64,000 nt of DNA, from the sequence record LT603033. The stretch is one strand, 5' to 3'. This DNA is from Escherichia phage vB_Eco_slurp01. Below the pieces are notes generated by a model, which saw nothing but the letters and a program-made list of their open reading frames with translations, did no database searches and was not told where the DNA came from. Numbering within the stretch: the stretch's first letter is position 1; the number at the start of each line of letters is the position of its first letter. The translations under genes were made by a program, and so were the position numbers. Of the stretch, positions 9,343 to 17,787 are shown in pieces.

Positions 9343-10896
9343 ATGAAATCTATGGAGAGAAATCAAATGCCAAGTAATTTTACTGATAAAAATGGTGGTA
9401 ACATGGCTGGTCACTCTGATAAATGGAGTGAACGCAACCGCCGTCCAAATAGTTATCAAGCAGGTCAAGGTTCACGTGGGTCACGTAATCAAGGAACTGG
9501 TCTAGCTGGTAAAGCAAACGCAGAAGCAGGTGAAGTTAAGAGTACTGAGAACATGACTGAGCTAGAAAAGCTACGTTATGTTAATTCATTGGGACTTCTT
9601 AATGCTACACAAAAACAACGCCTAGCTGATATGGAACGTGAAGAAAAAGAAAAGTCTTCTCCTGCGAAAGAAGAACCAAAACAAGAAGCACCGAAGGCGG
9701 TTAACCCTGTCAAAGAATTGTCTGATAAGTTAGGTAAGATTTTTGCTAATAAACCACAACTTATCCAAGGTATTGTGAAAGAATTGCAATCTGTACCTAA
9801 AGAAGAATTAAAAGTCAAAGCACAAGCTGTACTTGATGCAATGAGTGGAAATACCAGTACTGAACCAACTGAAGTATTCAGTACTATAATGCGTGCACTT
9901 GAAGGTAAACCACAGGGTGACGAGACTGCACAAGAGGAAGTAAGTCTTGAAAGCGTACTTAAAACATTTGATAGTATTGGTAAAGAAGACCGTGCTAATG
10001 CTCAACAAGTTAAGAATGTACTAGCTAAGTTAGAAAACCGTCTGGAAGGTAAAGACGATAAGATTAAATTAGTATCTGATGCAGTTAACGATGCACTTAA
10101 ATCTTACGTACAAGGTGAAAAGAGTCGTTTTGTAACTGCAATGGATGCTGCATTCAATACTATGAAAAAGTATGAAGCTGATCATGGTGAGAAGGTTACA
10201 CGAGATGGTTATCTGATGCGTGATGATGAAGAAGGTGCAGTTGACCAGAAAGATGCTGAAACATCTCATGATGATTTACCTGATACTGTTGATATGGATG
10301 GTTACATTCATCGTCCAGAAATGGGAGAGTTTGGTTCTGACAAAGAAGGATTTGAACATGCAATGGCAGTGTACAAAGCTCTCGTGGACAATCCAGATTA
10401 TGCCAACCGATTTGTAGATGAGTTTGATAGTGCATGGAACAACTACAAAGACAAAGGTTATGACTTCCCTGCTGAGGCAGCATTCTTTGAACTTGGTAAA
10501 CTATTAGCTAAACATGGAATTGATGTAGGTTCTAAAGATGGTACTGATACTGATGGCATGGAAGCAGAATTGGCTAAAGATCGTGAAATGAACGACAACT
10601 CCATTCATGAACTCCAAAAGCTAATGATGTGGATATCCGATATTGGTAAAAAAGCTGGTGCTGATAATAAGAGTATCAACAAAAACATTAGTTGGATTAA
10701 AAGTAATGTTGGTAAAAATGCTCGTAAACTACAAAAAGCATGGACTGATTTAGTAAATGGTGCTGATGATGTTGACATTGAATCACCTGAAGCATACGAA
10801 TATGCATTAACTACTCTTGATAATTCCTTTAAAGATTACGATAACGGTAACGTAACTCATTGGGAAAAGGACATCATGAGCAAATACGGTAAATGA
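9343..10896 (+). CDS. large acidic protein (517 aa), possible virion internal/injected protein
   Basis: Long ORF, highly charged (K/E/D-rich), no TM segments; function is inference only. Confidence 0.6.
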   Translation: MKSMERNQMPSNFTDKNGGNMAGHSDKWSERNRRPNSYQAGQGSRGSRNQGTGLAGKANAEAGEVKSTENMTELEKLRYVNSLGLLNATQKQRLADMEREEKEKSSPAKEEPKQEAPKAVNPVKELSDKLGKIFANKPQLIQGIVKELQSVPKEELKVKAQAVLDAMSGNTSTEPTEVFSTIMRALEGKPQGDETAQEEVSLESVLKTFDSIGKEDRANAQQVKNVLAKLENRLEGKDDKIKLVSDAVNDALKSYVQGEKSRFVTAMDAAFNTMKKYEADHGEKVTRDGYLMRDDEEGAVDQKDAETSHDDLPDTVDMDGYIHRPEMGEFGSDKEGFEHAMAVYKALVDNPDYANRFVDEFDSAWNNYKDKGYDFPAEAAFFELGKLLAKHGIDVGSKDGTDTDGMEAELAKDREMNDNSIHELQKLMMWISDIGKKAGADNKSINKNISWIKSNVGKNARKLQKAWTDLVNGADDVDIESPEAYEYALTTLDNSFKDYDNGNVTHWEKDIMSKYGK

Positions 10897-10906
10897 TAAA
10901 ACTAAA

Positions 10907-10938
10907 GGTTGACTTCGGTCAGCCTTTTTTTGTAAATA
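10907..10938 (+). promoter_or_regulatory. stem-loop/promoter hybrid (PeSL-like)
   Basis: GGTTGACTTCGGTCAGCC + T-run + TAAATA. Confidence 0.55.
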
Positions 10939-10966
10939 CAAAAGAGGAATTAAGAAGAGGATTACA

Positions 10967-11218
10967 ATGAAAAAATATATTATATTTGGAATTGTATTAT
11001 TTTCCAGTACTGCTTATGGTGCAGATTATCATTGCTCCGTAGCAAGGCAGGATTTCAGAAATGGGGAGTTCTATACTACCTCATACACAAAAGGAATAAT
11101 ACACGACACCGACAGAACTATTGGATTTAATGCGTTTGACAACAAAGATTCATATACTTCAGGTATACTATCTGAGCGTAAGACGGATGTACTCGGAATA
11201 GAAAAAGAGTTTCGGTGA
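10967..11218 (+). CDS. secreted protein (signal peptide)
   Basis: RBS AGAGGA; signal-like N-terminus ending AYGA. Confidence 0.6.
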   Translation: MKKYIIFGIVLFSSTAYGADYHCSVARQDFRNGEFYTTSYTKGIIHDTDRTIGFNAFDNKDSYTSGILSERKTDVLGIEKEFR

Positions 11219-11222
11219 TTCC

Positions 11223-11552
11223 GTGGCAATGTGTAATGACATTGAAAGTACTAAAACAATTTATTATAATAATGAACGTAACTATCGTTTTCATAATTTA
11301 ACCACAAATAAAAGTTTACTATTTTACAATTGTAAAGAAGTAATACTCCCATCAGACAATAGCTGTACTCCAACTAATCAACCCCCAGCACAATGTAATA
11401 CTCCCTCTGAACCTGATAAAAATAAAAAAGACAAAGATAAAGATAAAAAAGAAGACAAAAAACCTTTAAAAGATAAAAAGAAAGATAAAAAACCTAATCC
11501 GTTTAAAAATAATAAACCAGCACAACCCGATATGACGTGTAAAATAAAATAA
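11223..11552 (+). CDS. low-complexity K/D-rich protein
   Basis: Start uncertain (GTG 11223 or ATG 11229); KDKDKDKK repeats. Confidence 0.35.
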   Translation: MAMCNDIESTKTIYYNNERNYRFHNLTTNKSLLFYNCKEVILPSDNSCTPTNQPPAQCNTPSEPDKNKKDKDKDKKEDKKPLKDKKKDKKPNPFKNNKPAQPDMTCKIK

Positions 11553-11561
11553 GGATATATA

Positions 11562-11981
11562 ATGAAAAAGATTTTTTTAAGTATTATTTTAGTACTTTTT
11601 AGTTTTAATGTATATGCAGCAGATGCTAAACAGGTTGCTAATACAGTAAAAGATGTTATAGTAGACAATGCTCCTACCTTAGAGGAAATTGGGGTAAAAA
11701 CTTGTGATATAGTAATATATAATTTAGTTAATGATGAACGAGTTATGTTGAATACGTATGAACAAGTAGTCCCATTGGTTGAATCTGGTGATGCTTTTAG
11801 CTTTACATATAAAGTTAAATTAACAGGAGGGGTTGAAGTTAATCTTGACATTGATACCGCTTCAGTACTAAAAGATAAACTAGGATATGTGTTCAATCGT
11901 ATTCGTGAAGAAGGTCATCTTAAGTATGTTTATGAAAGTAAAATACTAAAACGTGCAATAGTTATAGAAAACTGTAAATGA
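11562..11981 (+). CDS. secreted protein (signal peptide)
   Basis: RBS AAGGA; signal-like N-terminus ending VYAA. Confidence 0.65.
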   Translation: MKKIFLSIILVLFSFNVYAADAKQVANTVKDVIVDNAPTLEEIGVKTCDIVIYNLVNDERVMLNTYEQVVPLVESGDAFSFTYKVKLTGGVEVNLDIDTASVLKDKLGYVFNRIREEGHLKYVYESKILKRAIVIENCK

Positions 11982-11989
11982 TAATAAAA

Positions 11990-12021
11990 GGGTTGACTTC
12001 GGTCAGCCTTTTTTGTTATGA
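11990..12021 (+). promoter_or_regulatory. stem-loop/promoter hybrid (PeSL-like)
   Basis: GGGTTGACTTCGGTCAGCC + T-run + TATGAT. Confidence 0.55.
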
Positions 12022-12050
12022 TGTTGATATTAACTACAGAGGATAAAGTA

Positions 12051-12692
12051 ATGACTAAGCAAGAAATATTCAAAACTTTAATTGACATTTTGCGTCCATC
12101 AAAAACTCGTTGTGCGATGGAGTTTGATATTCCTTATGCTGAACGCGTAATCTTTCCACAAGTTAAAGCTGCTGGACTTACTTTGCTTGGAATGGGGATG
12201 TACTCTGTAGTAGTTGAACATAAAAACTATCCTGGACGAGCATTTAAAGTAACCACTTCACGCTGGGATGGTTTTCGTGCTTATGCAAAGTACTGCATTG
12301 AAAACGCAGGAACCAAGTTTCTTCCAGTGATCTACAGTGCCAACGAACAAGGAAACTTTGGATGGTATGAGATGGACAAGTACTATCCTATAATTAAACA
12401 AAAAAATAATTATGATGACTTTGTTAGTACTAAAATTGGAGATTTATATTCTTATGCACATGCTGGTCAGTACGCTACTTCAGTGAATGATATGCGTGGA
12501 AATTCTGAAGAGATTGCTATTGCGACGGTCGCTGCTAACATCATGAAAGAGTTTCACGGGCGTTTTGTACCAGACATTCATTCAAGTAATGTAATGATGG
12601 ATAAAGATGGGAATGTATTCATTACTGATCCTCTTTCGTGTGATGTGCGTAGAGAAATACCAATTACTGAAGAAGATCCAGTTTTTTATTGA
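12051..12692 (+). CDS. kinase-like fold protein (candidate atypical protein kinase)
   Basis: RBS AGAGGA; Gly-rich segment then K, and HGRFVPDIHSSNVMMDKDGNVFITDP resembling a kinase catalytic loop. Confidence 0.5.
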   Translation: MTKQEIFKTLIDILRPSKTRCAMEFDIPYAERVIFPQVKAAGLTLLGMGMYSVVVEHKNYPGRAFKVTTSRWDGFRAYAKYCIENAGTKFLPVIYSANEQGNFGWYEMDKYYPIIKQKNNYDDFVSTKIGDLYSYAHAGQYATSVNDMRGNSEEIAIATVAANIMKEFHGRFVPDIHSSNVMMDKDGNVFITDPLSCDVRREIPITEEDPVFY

Positions 12693-12753
12693 CAGAACTG
12701 ATGTTCTGATGTATTCTTAATAAACCATAAAAATTGCGGTAAAGGATAAAATC

Positions 12754-13035
12754 ATGCGTTCATTTGAAAACTTAATAGGTAAGCATCTTTTATCTGAAAT
12801 TGATGCAGACGTTAAAGAATTATCCAAATCAAAAAGTTACATTCATTTGGATGAACTATTTGTTAAGTACGGTGAGATTGGTTTTAAGTCATTATTTGTT
12901 TTTACTATGAAAGTACATAGTTTAAAGTACTTCGATTTGAGTGCTAAAGATGGTGAACCGAATCTATATTACATGTATTACCTTAAGAACAAAGATGAAG
13001 CTAATACATTACTCTCTGAATATATATTGGGGTAA
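12754..13035 (+). CDS. hypothetical protein
   Basis: RBS AAAGGA; 93 aa. Confidence 0.6.
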   Translation: MRSFENLIGKHLLSEIDADVKELSKSKSYIHLDELFVKYGEIGFKSLFVFTMKVHSLKYFDLSAKDGEPNLYYMYYLKNKDEANTLLSEYILG

Positions 13036-13037
13036 AA

Positions 13038-13376
13038 ATGGAACAATATTTTGAATTAATAAACAAAGTATCATTTTATGTAGTATCTTTGGTTTGGGTG
13101 TATTATATGTTTTGCTACATTATTGCATTCTTCCGATACACTACTTTATATGAACGTATCTACTATGATGCCCCAATTTCATTCTTGATGTTTTGTGCAT
13201 GTACGTGGGGAATATTAGAAGTACTGATATGTGGGTATAGTACTGATGAATTAAATCTGGTATCGGTCTTGACTGGGTTTTCATTTGTTGTTATGATAGC
13301 TGCCGTTCCAGTATGGTTGTTCTTTGGACTAGTTCATCGCATTGATATATGGCGTTCTAATATCCCTGAAAAGTAA
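13038..13376 (+). CDS. small membrane protein, family A member 1
   Basis: Two or three hydrophobic helices; C-terminal R-x-N-I/L-P-E motif shared with next two ORFs. Confidence 0.6.
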   Translation: MEQYFELINKVSFYVVSLVWVYYMFCYIIAFFRYTTLYERIYYDAPISFLMFCACTWGILEVLICGYSTDELNLVSVLTGFSFVVMIAAVPVWLFFGLVHRIDIWRSNIPEK

Positions 13377-13385
13377 GGATTTGTA

Positions 13386-13727
13386 ATGATTTATTACACT
13401 AACATGTTTGCCTATGCTGTTGCTTGCATTTACATTGTTTACTTCTTATTCGGTGGAGTACTGTGCTTCTTTAAGTACAAAACGTTGTTCAACCGAATGT
13501 ACCCAAATCATCCAATTGTAGTTGTACTTTTGATTCTTTCAGTTTCTCAAATAATCGTTGAAACTACAATGGGTATCAGTAGTGTACATTATAGTTTTGG
13601 TACTATAGTAATTATTACTATGCTTATTGCATACATTTTAGTACTTGGATATGGTATCTTTGGTAATATTGGTATGAAAATGTATCATCGAATTAAAACA
13701 TTACGTGATAATCTACCGGAGCGTTGA
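13386..13727 (+). CDS. small membrane protein, family A member 2
   Basis: Paralog of 13038..13376; C-terminal LRDNLPER. Confidence 0.6.
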   Translation: MIYYTNMFAYAVACIYIVYFLFGGVLCFFKYKTLFNRMYPNHPIVVVLLILSVSQIIVETTMGISSVHYSFGTIVIITMLIAYILVLGYGIFGNIGMKMYHRIKTLRDNLPER

Positions 13728-13728
13728 T

Positions 13729-14073
13729 ATGTATAATTTGAACCTAATCTCATATATTATAACAACACTGTTTACATTCTATGCCTTTGTTGGTATAATC
13801 CTACTGTACTTTAAATTTTATAAAGTGTTTAACCGTTTCTATCCTTCAATGGAGAATGAGTTTTTCTTTGTGTTGTACGTAGGTTACACGTTAATGGCTA
13901 CATGTTTCACTGTAGCCGATGGTGTCATCGGCATTAAAACTGATTCCCCAAATGGTAGTACGCTGGTTGCATTTATTCTTACCGGATTCCTTGCAACTTA
14001 TATTGCCTTCATTACAACATGGTCAGTTGTTGAATTTCTCTTGCGACTACGAAAGAATATGCCGAATAGATAG
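13729..14073 (+). CDS. small membrane protein, family A member 3
   Basis: Paralog; C-terminal LRKNMPNR; ATG at 13729 directly after upstream stop. Confidence 0.55.
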   Translation: MYNLNLISYIITTLFTFYAFVGIILLYFKFYKVFNRFYPSMENEFFFVLYVGYTLMATCFTVADGVIGIKTDSPNGSTLVAFILTGFLATYIAFITTWSVVEFLLRLRKNMPNR

Positions 14074-14082
14074 GAGACATAT

Positions 14083-14337
14083 ATGTTTGCGTTGCGTAAT
14101 AAAAACACTAAAGAATTATTATGTATTGATACCGTATGGGATTGTGCGGGGTCAACTACAGTTCTTGAAGAAGGAACTGGATATTGCGTGTTTGTTGTAC
14201 ATGATAGGAATGAACTCGAATTATTACTTGCTGAGTTCAATGCTGGTGGTAATCCTAACAGTACTGAATACCCTGAGATTATCAATCCAGCACCACCAGG
14301 CTCTTATGAAATTCTACAACTGTGGGAGTTGAAGTAA
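14083..14337 (+). CDS. hypothetical protein
   Basis: RBS AGGAG; 84 aa. Confidence 0.6.
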   Translation: MFALRNKNTKELLCIDTVWDCAGSTTVLEEGTGYCVFVVHDRNELELLLAEFNAGGNPNSTEYPEIINPAPPGSYEILQLWELK

Positions 14338-14717
14338 TGCGTCAAATGCACAAAGTAACCGAGCTAAACAAGCGTCTGGTTAAACAATCAATGTTCGAGG
14401 ATAAAGAGTCTTATTATAACTTTAAACGTGCAGTAGAGGCTGCTATCCACATTCAGAAGCTTAAAGAACGTGGTTGTATTATTCTGGAAAATGGTTCGGA
14501 AGTTGTAACGGATGACTTTAGTGTAGCGTTTGATGTTTCACCTGACGGGACGCTATCAATGCCCCGCTTAGGAACTGGAAACATGACTGTTTGGGTTGGC
14601 TTCACTATGGGGAATGTACCTGGTACTGTGTACGTAGATGATGCGGAATTGAAAGACAGTTTCAAAAACTTATCTTATCTTGAACCACAATACGCACATG
14701 AAATGAATTTATTTTGA
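14337..14717 (+). CDS. hypothetical protein
   Basis: TAATG coupling; about 126 aa. Confidence 0.55.
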   Translation: MRQMHKVTELNKRLVKQSMFEDKESYYNFKRAVEAAIHIQKLKERGCIILENGSEVVTDDFSVAFDVSPDGTLSMPRLGTGNMTVWVGFTMGNVPGTVYVDDAELKDSFKNLSYLEPQYAHEMNLF

Positions 14718-14742
14718 GTTGACAAACACATTCAGTACTGTA
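14709..14742 (+). promoter_or_regulatory. sigma70-like promoter
   Basis: TTGACA, 16-17 bp spacer containing CAGTACTG, TATAAT; followed by 5'-UTR hairpin GGGATGA-ACTTC-TCATCCC. Confidence 0.5.
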
Positions 14743-14793
14743 TAATGCTTATCAAGGGGATGAACTTCTCATCCCTACAATCGAGGAACTACC

Positions 14794-15348
14794 ATGATTA
14801 CTTTTAAGAAAACTGCTAACCACATCCATGAAATCTACATTAACGGTCACAAAGCTGGCCTTCTTCGTTTACTCGCCCATCATCCTGATGTTACCGTATC
14901 TGATAATGAACCTAAAGATTGGCGTGTATTTTTCTTTGGAAAGTACAGTGATTTTCAAGTATCAAACCTGAAGAACATTCGTTCAGTATGCACGTTAACT
15001 GAAATTAAAGAAAAGTTAGAAAAAGCATTGAAAACTAATCCAGATGGTGTTCTTCCACCTGATAACTTTGTAGAGAAAGGTTATGCATTAGCTCATTTCA
15101 AAGATGGTACTATTCAATCTATCAGTACTGAATATGAATATCAATGGACTGAGTACTTCACTTATGGATCGCGTAATACATTGATGGCTTCACGTAGTAA
15201 ATTGGAAGAAGTACTGACTCGTATGAATGAACGCGAACGTCAATTTTATGACAAACCAGAAATGTGGAGTTCAACTTACATTGACCGTATTGACTATGTT
15301 ATTATGACTCCAATCTTTGACACTGCTTACTATGATTCTTTGAAATAA
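14794..15348 (+). CDS. hypothetical protein
   Basis: RBS GAGGAA; 184 aa. Confidence 0.65.
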   Translation: MITFKKTANHIHEIYINGHKAGLLRLLAHHPDVTVSDNEPKDWRVFFFGKYSDFQVSNLKNIRSVCTLTEIKEKLEKALKTNPDGVLPPDNFVEKGYALAHFKDGTIQSISTEYEYQWTEYFTYGSRNTLMASRSKLEEVLTRMNERERQFYDKPEMWSSTYIDRIDYVIMTPIFDTAYYDSLK

Positions 15349-15359
15349 GGATAACTTAT

Positions 15360-15536
15360 ATGAAACTACGTACTCGTAATCGACTGATGGATGCACTGTA
15401 CCATGAACAGCTTTCACTGAATGAAGTGAAGCGTCAGTTAATGTACACATATCTGTTACCCGCTCGCATTGCAAAACAACGTGCTAAAGAATTGCTGAAA
15501 GAAGCAATCGAGTACTGGGAATCTGATTCGTACTAA
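15360..15536 (+). CDS. small hypothetical protein (58 aa)
   Basis: RBS AAGGA; below ORF-track length cutoff; fills intergenic gap. Confidence 0.45.
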   Translation: MKLRTRNRLMDALYHEQLSLNEVKRQLMYTYLLPARIAKQRAKELLKEAIEYWESDSY

Positions 15537-15564
15537 TTGTCACGTTAATTAAGTGAGGCGATAA

Positions 15565-15816
15565 ATGAAAATTTTATTAGTTCTAATACTACTAATTGTT
15601 TTACCATTTACGTTAGTATCCCCTGAACTTGCATGGAATGTGTTTGTGTACTTACTATGTACTATTGTAGTAAATGGTATCTTGTTCTTAGTTCTATTCA
15701 TAAATGGAATAGGACACGGTGGAGGATGGACCAGTACTGCTGATATTGTACATAAAACCACTATGTCTTTATTTGTAGTGTGGAATTTATTCTGGACTTG
15801 GTTTGTGTTCTTCTAA
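15565..15816 (+). CDS. small membrane protein
   Basis: RBS GTGAGG; highly hydrophobic 83 aa. Confidence 0.6.
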   Translation: MKILLVLILLIVLPFTLVSPELAWNVFVYLLCTIVVNGILFLVLFINGIGHGGGWTSTADIVHKTTMSLFVVWNLFWTWFVFF

Positions 15817-15825
15817 TTAAAAAAT

Positions 15826-16197
15826 ATGAATATAGATTTGAAAGGTGCAACCCGAACTGTTATCCTCATTGGGGAATACGCTATCAAGATTCCAACCTTT
15901 AAAAGTTGGAAGCTATTCTTAACAGGGATGATAGCTAACCTCAATGAACGTTCGTGGATGCAGTACTCCAAGCGTAGTGATACTGGTATCTGTCCTACTT
16001 TGTGGTCATCATGTACTGGACTAGTAACTGTACAGAAACGTTGTAAGCCAGTACAACATAGGGGTTTATTTTGGGTGGAGTTGTGTGCTTTAGCATTGAA
16101 TTCAGAGTTAAGTACTGACTTCTTCTATTCAGATGCGAAGCCAGAAAACTTTGGGTATCTGTGTGGTAAGTTGGTTAAACTTGATTATGGAGATTAA
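15826..16197 (+). CDS. mini kinase-like protein (truncated or atypical)
   Basis: Motifs AIKIP, DAKPENFG and KLDYG in kinase order; weak RBS. Confidence 0.4.
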   Translation: MNIDLKGATRTVILIGEYAIKIPTFKSWKLFLTGMIANLNERSWMQYSKRSDTGICPTLWSSCTGLVTVQKRCKPVQHRGLFWVELCALALNSELSTDFFYSDAKPENFGYLCGKLVKLDYGD

Positions 16198-16198
16198 T

Positions 16199-16468
16199 AT
16201 GTACGCACTGTATAATAAAGAAAAGAAACGATTTGCTAAGGTTGAAATTTCGATTGATACATTTGATATGTTGGAGTACTGTATTGTAACTGACCTATAT
16301 GCTAACTTGTATTACGTTCTTGATGACGTATCAGTACTGCAACGATTGCTTGAGAATTCCAAAAGTCAATGCCAAGGCATCCATGATGGTTCATCTTATG
16401 AAACACCTGAGTGTTCCTACGGCTATCTGGACGGGTATGAGATTGTGAAGTTGGGGATTGTTGAATAA
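16199..16468 (+). CDS. hypothetical protein
   Basis: ATG at 16199 after GGAG; track ORF N-extension overlaps previous gene. Confidence 0.5.
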   Translation: MYALYNKEKKRFAKVEISIDTFDMLEYCIVTDLYANLYYVLDDVSVLQRLLENSKSQCQGIHDGSSYETPECSYGYLDGYEIVKLGIVE

Positions 16469-16562
16469 ATGGATTAAACAATGAAGAAGTGTATGATTCT
16501 TTGTTCTAATCACCATCGCATGGTACATTCTGGTAGACTATGTTTGATTGAAAGAAAAAAAA

Positions 16563-16595
16563 AGGGTTGACTTCAGTCGGCCCTTTTTGCTATAA
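16563..16595 (+). promoter_or_regulatory. stem-loop/promoter hybrid (PeSL-like)
   Basis: GGGTTGACTTCAGTCGGCCC + TTTTT + TATAAT. Confidence 0.6.
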
Positions 16596-16624
16596 TCATT
16601 TCATCGAAACGAGAGGATGAATAC

Positions 16625-17059
16625 ATGACACGCATTAACTTAGTACACGTTAAAGAACTTGCTGACCAACATCTGATGGCTGAATATCGTGAACTCCCAC
16701 GTGTATTTGGTGCTGTACAAAAACACGTTCAAGCACGTAAGCGTGTACGTGATTTCAAAATTAACAGTACTTATCTGTTAGGTTCAGGTCATGTAACATT
16801 TTTCTACGACAAGTTACTGTACTTACAGAAGCGTCATATTGATATTGTCAACGAATGTCTGCGTCGTGGTATGAAGATTCAAAACACTGAAGTAAACGAC
16901 ATTAGCGGCTTCCCTGCTGAGTTTTGTAATGACTACATACCAACGGAGTCAGAGATTAAAATGTCTCGTGAACGTTTGATTGAGAAGCTCCAGATGAAGC
17001 CTACGTGGTATAAATTTACTGATGTTGAGTTACCTGAGTATTATCGTTCTATGATCTAA
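16625..17059 (+). CDS. denV: endonuclease V (pyrimidine-dimer DNA glycosylase/AP lyase)
   Basis: N-terminal MTRINL...[21 protein letters not shown] and ...[10 protein letters not shown]...PTWYK are near-identical to T4 endonuclease V as I recall it; RBS GAGAGGA. Confidence 0.9.
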   Translation: MTRINLVHVKELADQHLMAEYRELPRVFGAVQKHVQARKRVRDFKINSTYLLGSGHVTFFYDKLLYLQKRHIDIVNECLRRGMKIQNTEVNDISGFPAEFCNDYIPTESEIKMSRERLIEKLQMKPTWYKFTDVELPEYYRSMI

Positions 17060-17122
17060 AAAAAACATTAACACCAGTTTTATCTTTCAGTATCATGTAA
17101 CAAAGAAAATGAGGAATACAAC

Positions 17123-17482
17123 ATGGCATCTTTAAGTGAAATCGCAGAATACAACCCACTAACAATCTCAACAATTCAACGTACAAAAACTTTTTATTTC
17201 CGTCCTGCTGATGGATGGAAACGTGGAATGAATGGTGACTATCGAGTACTGGAAGATTCGCTCATCGAGCGTATCAACTCTGAACTACAGAAGTATGAAG
17301 GTGTTAAAGTTGTGCGTTCAACTTCTCGTTATTTTGAGTACTACATTGAGTCTTCAACTGTAAATGAAAACTCATCATTCTCGGTGGACAACACTGATAT
17401 TCTTCGTAATGCAGTTGGTTTGCTATGCAACATTGCAGAAGAAATGGGATTAACTATCGCCACAATGAGTGAGTTAGAATAA
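17123..17482 (+). CDS. hypothetical protein
   Basis: RBS GAGGAA; 119 aa. Confidence 0.65.
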   Translation: MASLSEIAEYNPLTISTIQRTKTFYFRPADGWKRGMNGDYRVLEDSLIERINSELQKYEGVKVVRSTSRYFEYYIESSTVNENSSFSVDNTDILRNAVGLLCNIAEEMGLTIATMSELE

Positions 17483-17488
17483 CATAAA

Positions 17489-17521
17489 GGGTTGACTTCG
17501 GTCAGCCCTTTTTGCTATAAT
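17489..17521 (+). promoter_or_regulatory. stem-loop/promoter hybrid (PeSL-like)
   Basis: GGGTTGACTTCGGTCAGCCC + TTTTT + TATAAT. Confidence 0.6.
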
Positions 17522-17547
17522 TATTTTATCGAAACGAGAGGTAATAC

Positions 17548-17787
17548 ATGAAACTATCTTTTATACGTTTAGCAGAATTCTTCGGTACTGATATAATTAC
17601 ATTACAACAAATTGCAGACAATACTTCATTAAGTACACAAGAAGTACTTGACTTGGATGTAATTAAGTGTGATAATACTTCCATCGATTACAAAGAAGGT
17701 CTTGTCGAAAAAGATAAGATTCAGGCTAAGATTAATGGTGCTGGACGGGTTCAGTACTGGAAAGGAGTTTTAAGTAATGCCAGCTAA
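17548..17787 (+). CDS. hypothetical protein
   Basis: RBS GAGAGG; 79 aa. Confidence 0.6.
   Translation: MKLSFIRLAEFFGTDIITLQQIADNTSLSTQEVLDLDVIKCDNTSIDYKEGLVEKDKIQAKINGAGRVQYWKGVLSNAS

Noticed and set aside
11378-11896. 172-aa minus-strand ORF overlapping plus-strand genes 11223..11552 and 11562..11981
   Set aside because: Low-complexity F/L/S-rich product that is the reverse translation of K/D-rich codons. The plus-strand genes have an RBS and a signal peptide and fit the co-directional gene order.
13919-14332. 137-aa plus-strand ORF overlapping 13729..14073 and 14083..14337
   Set aside because: Alternative frame across two RBS-supported genes with no start context of its own.
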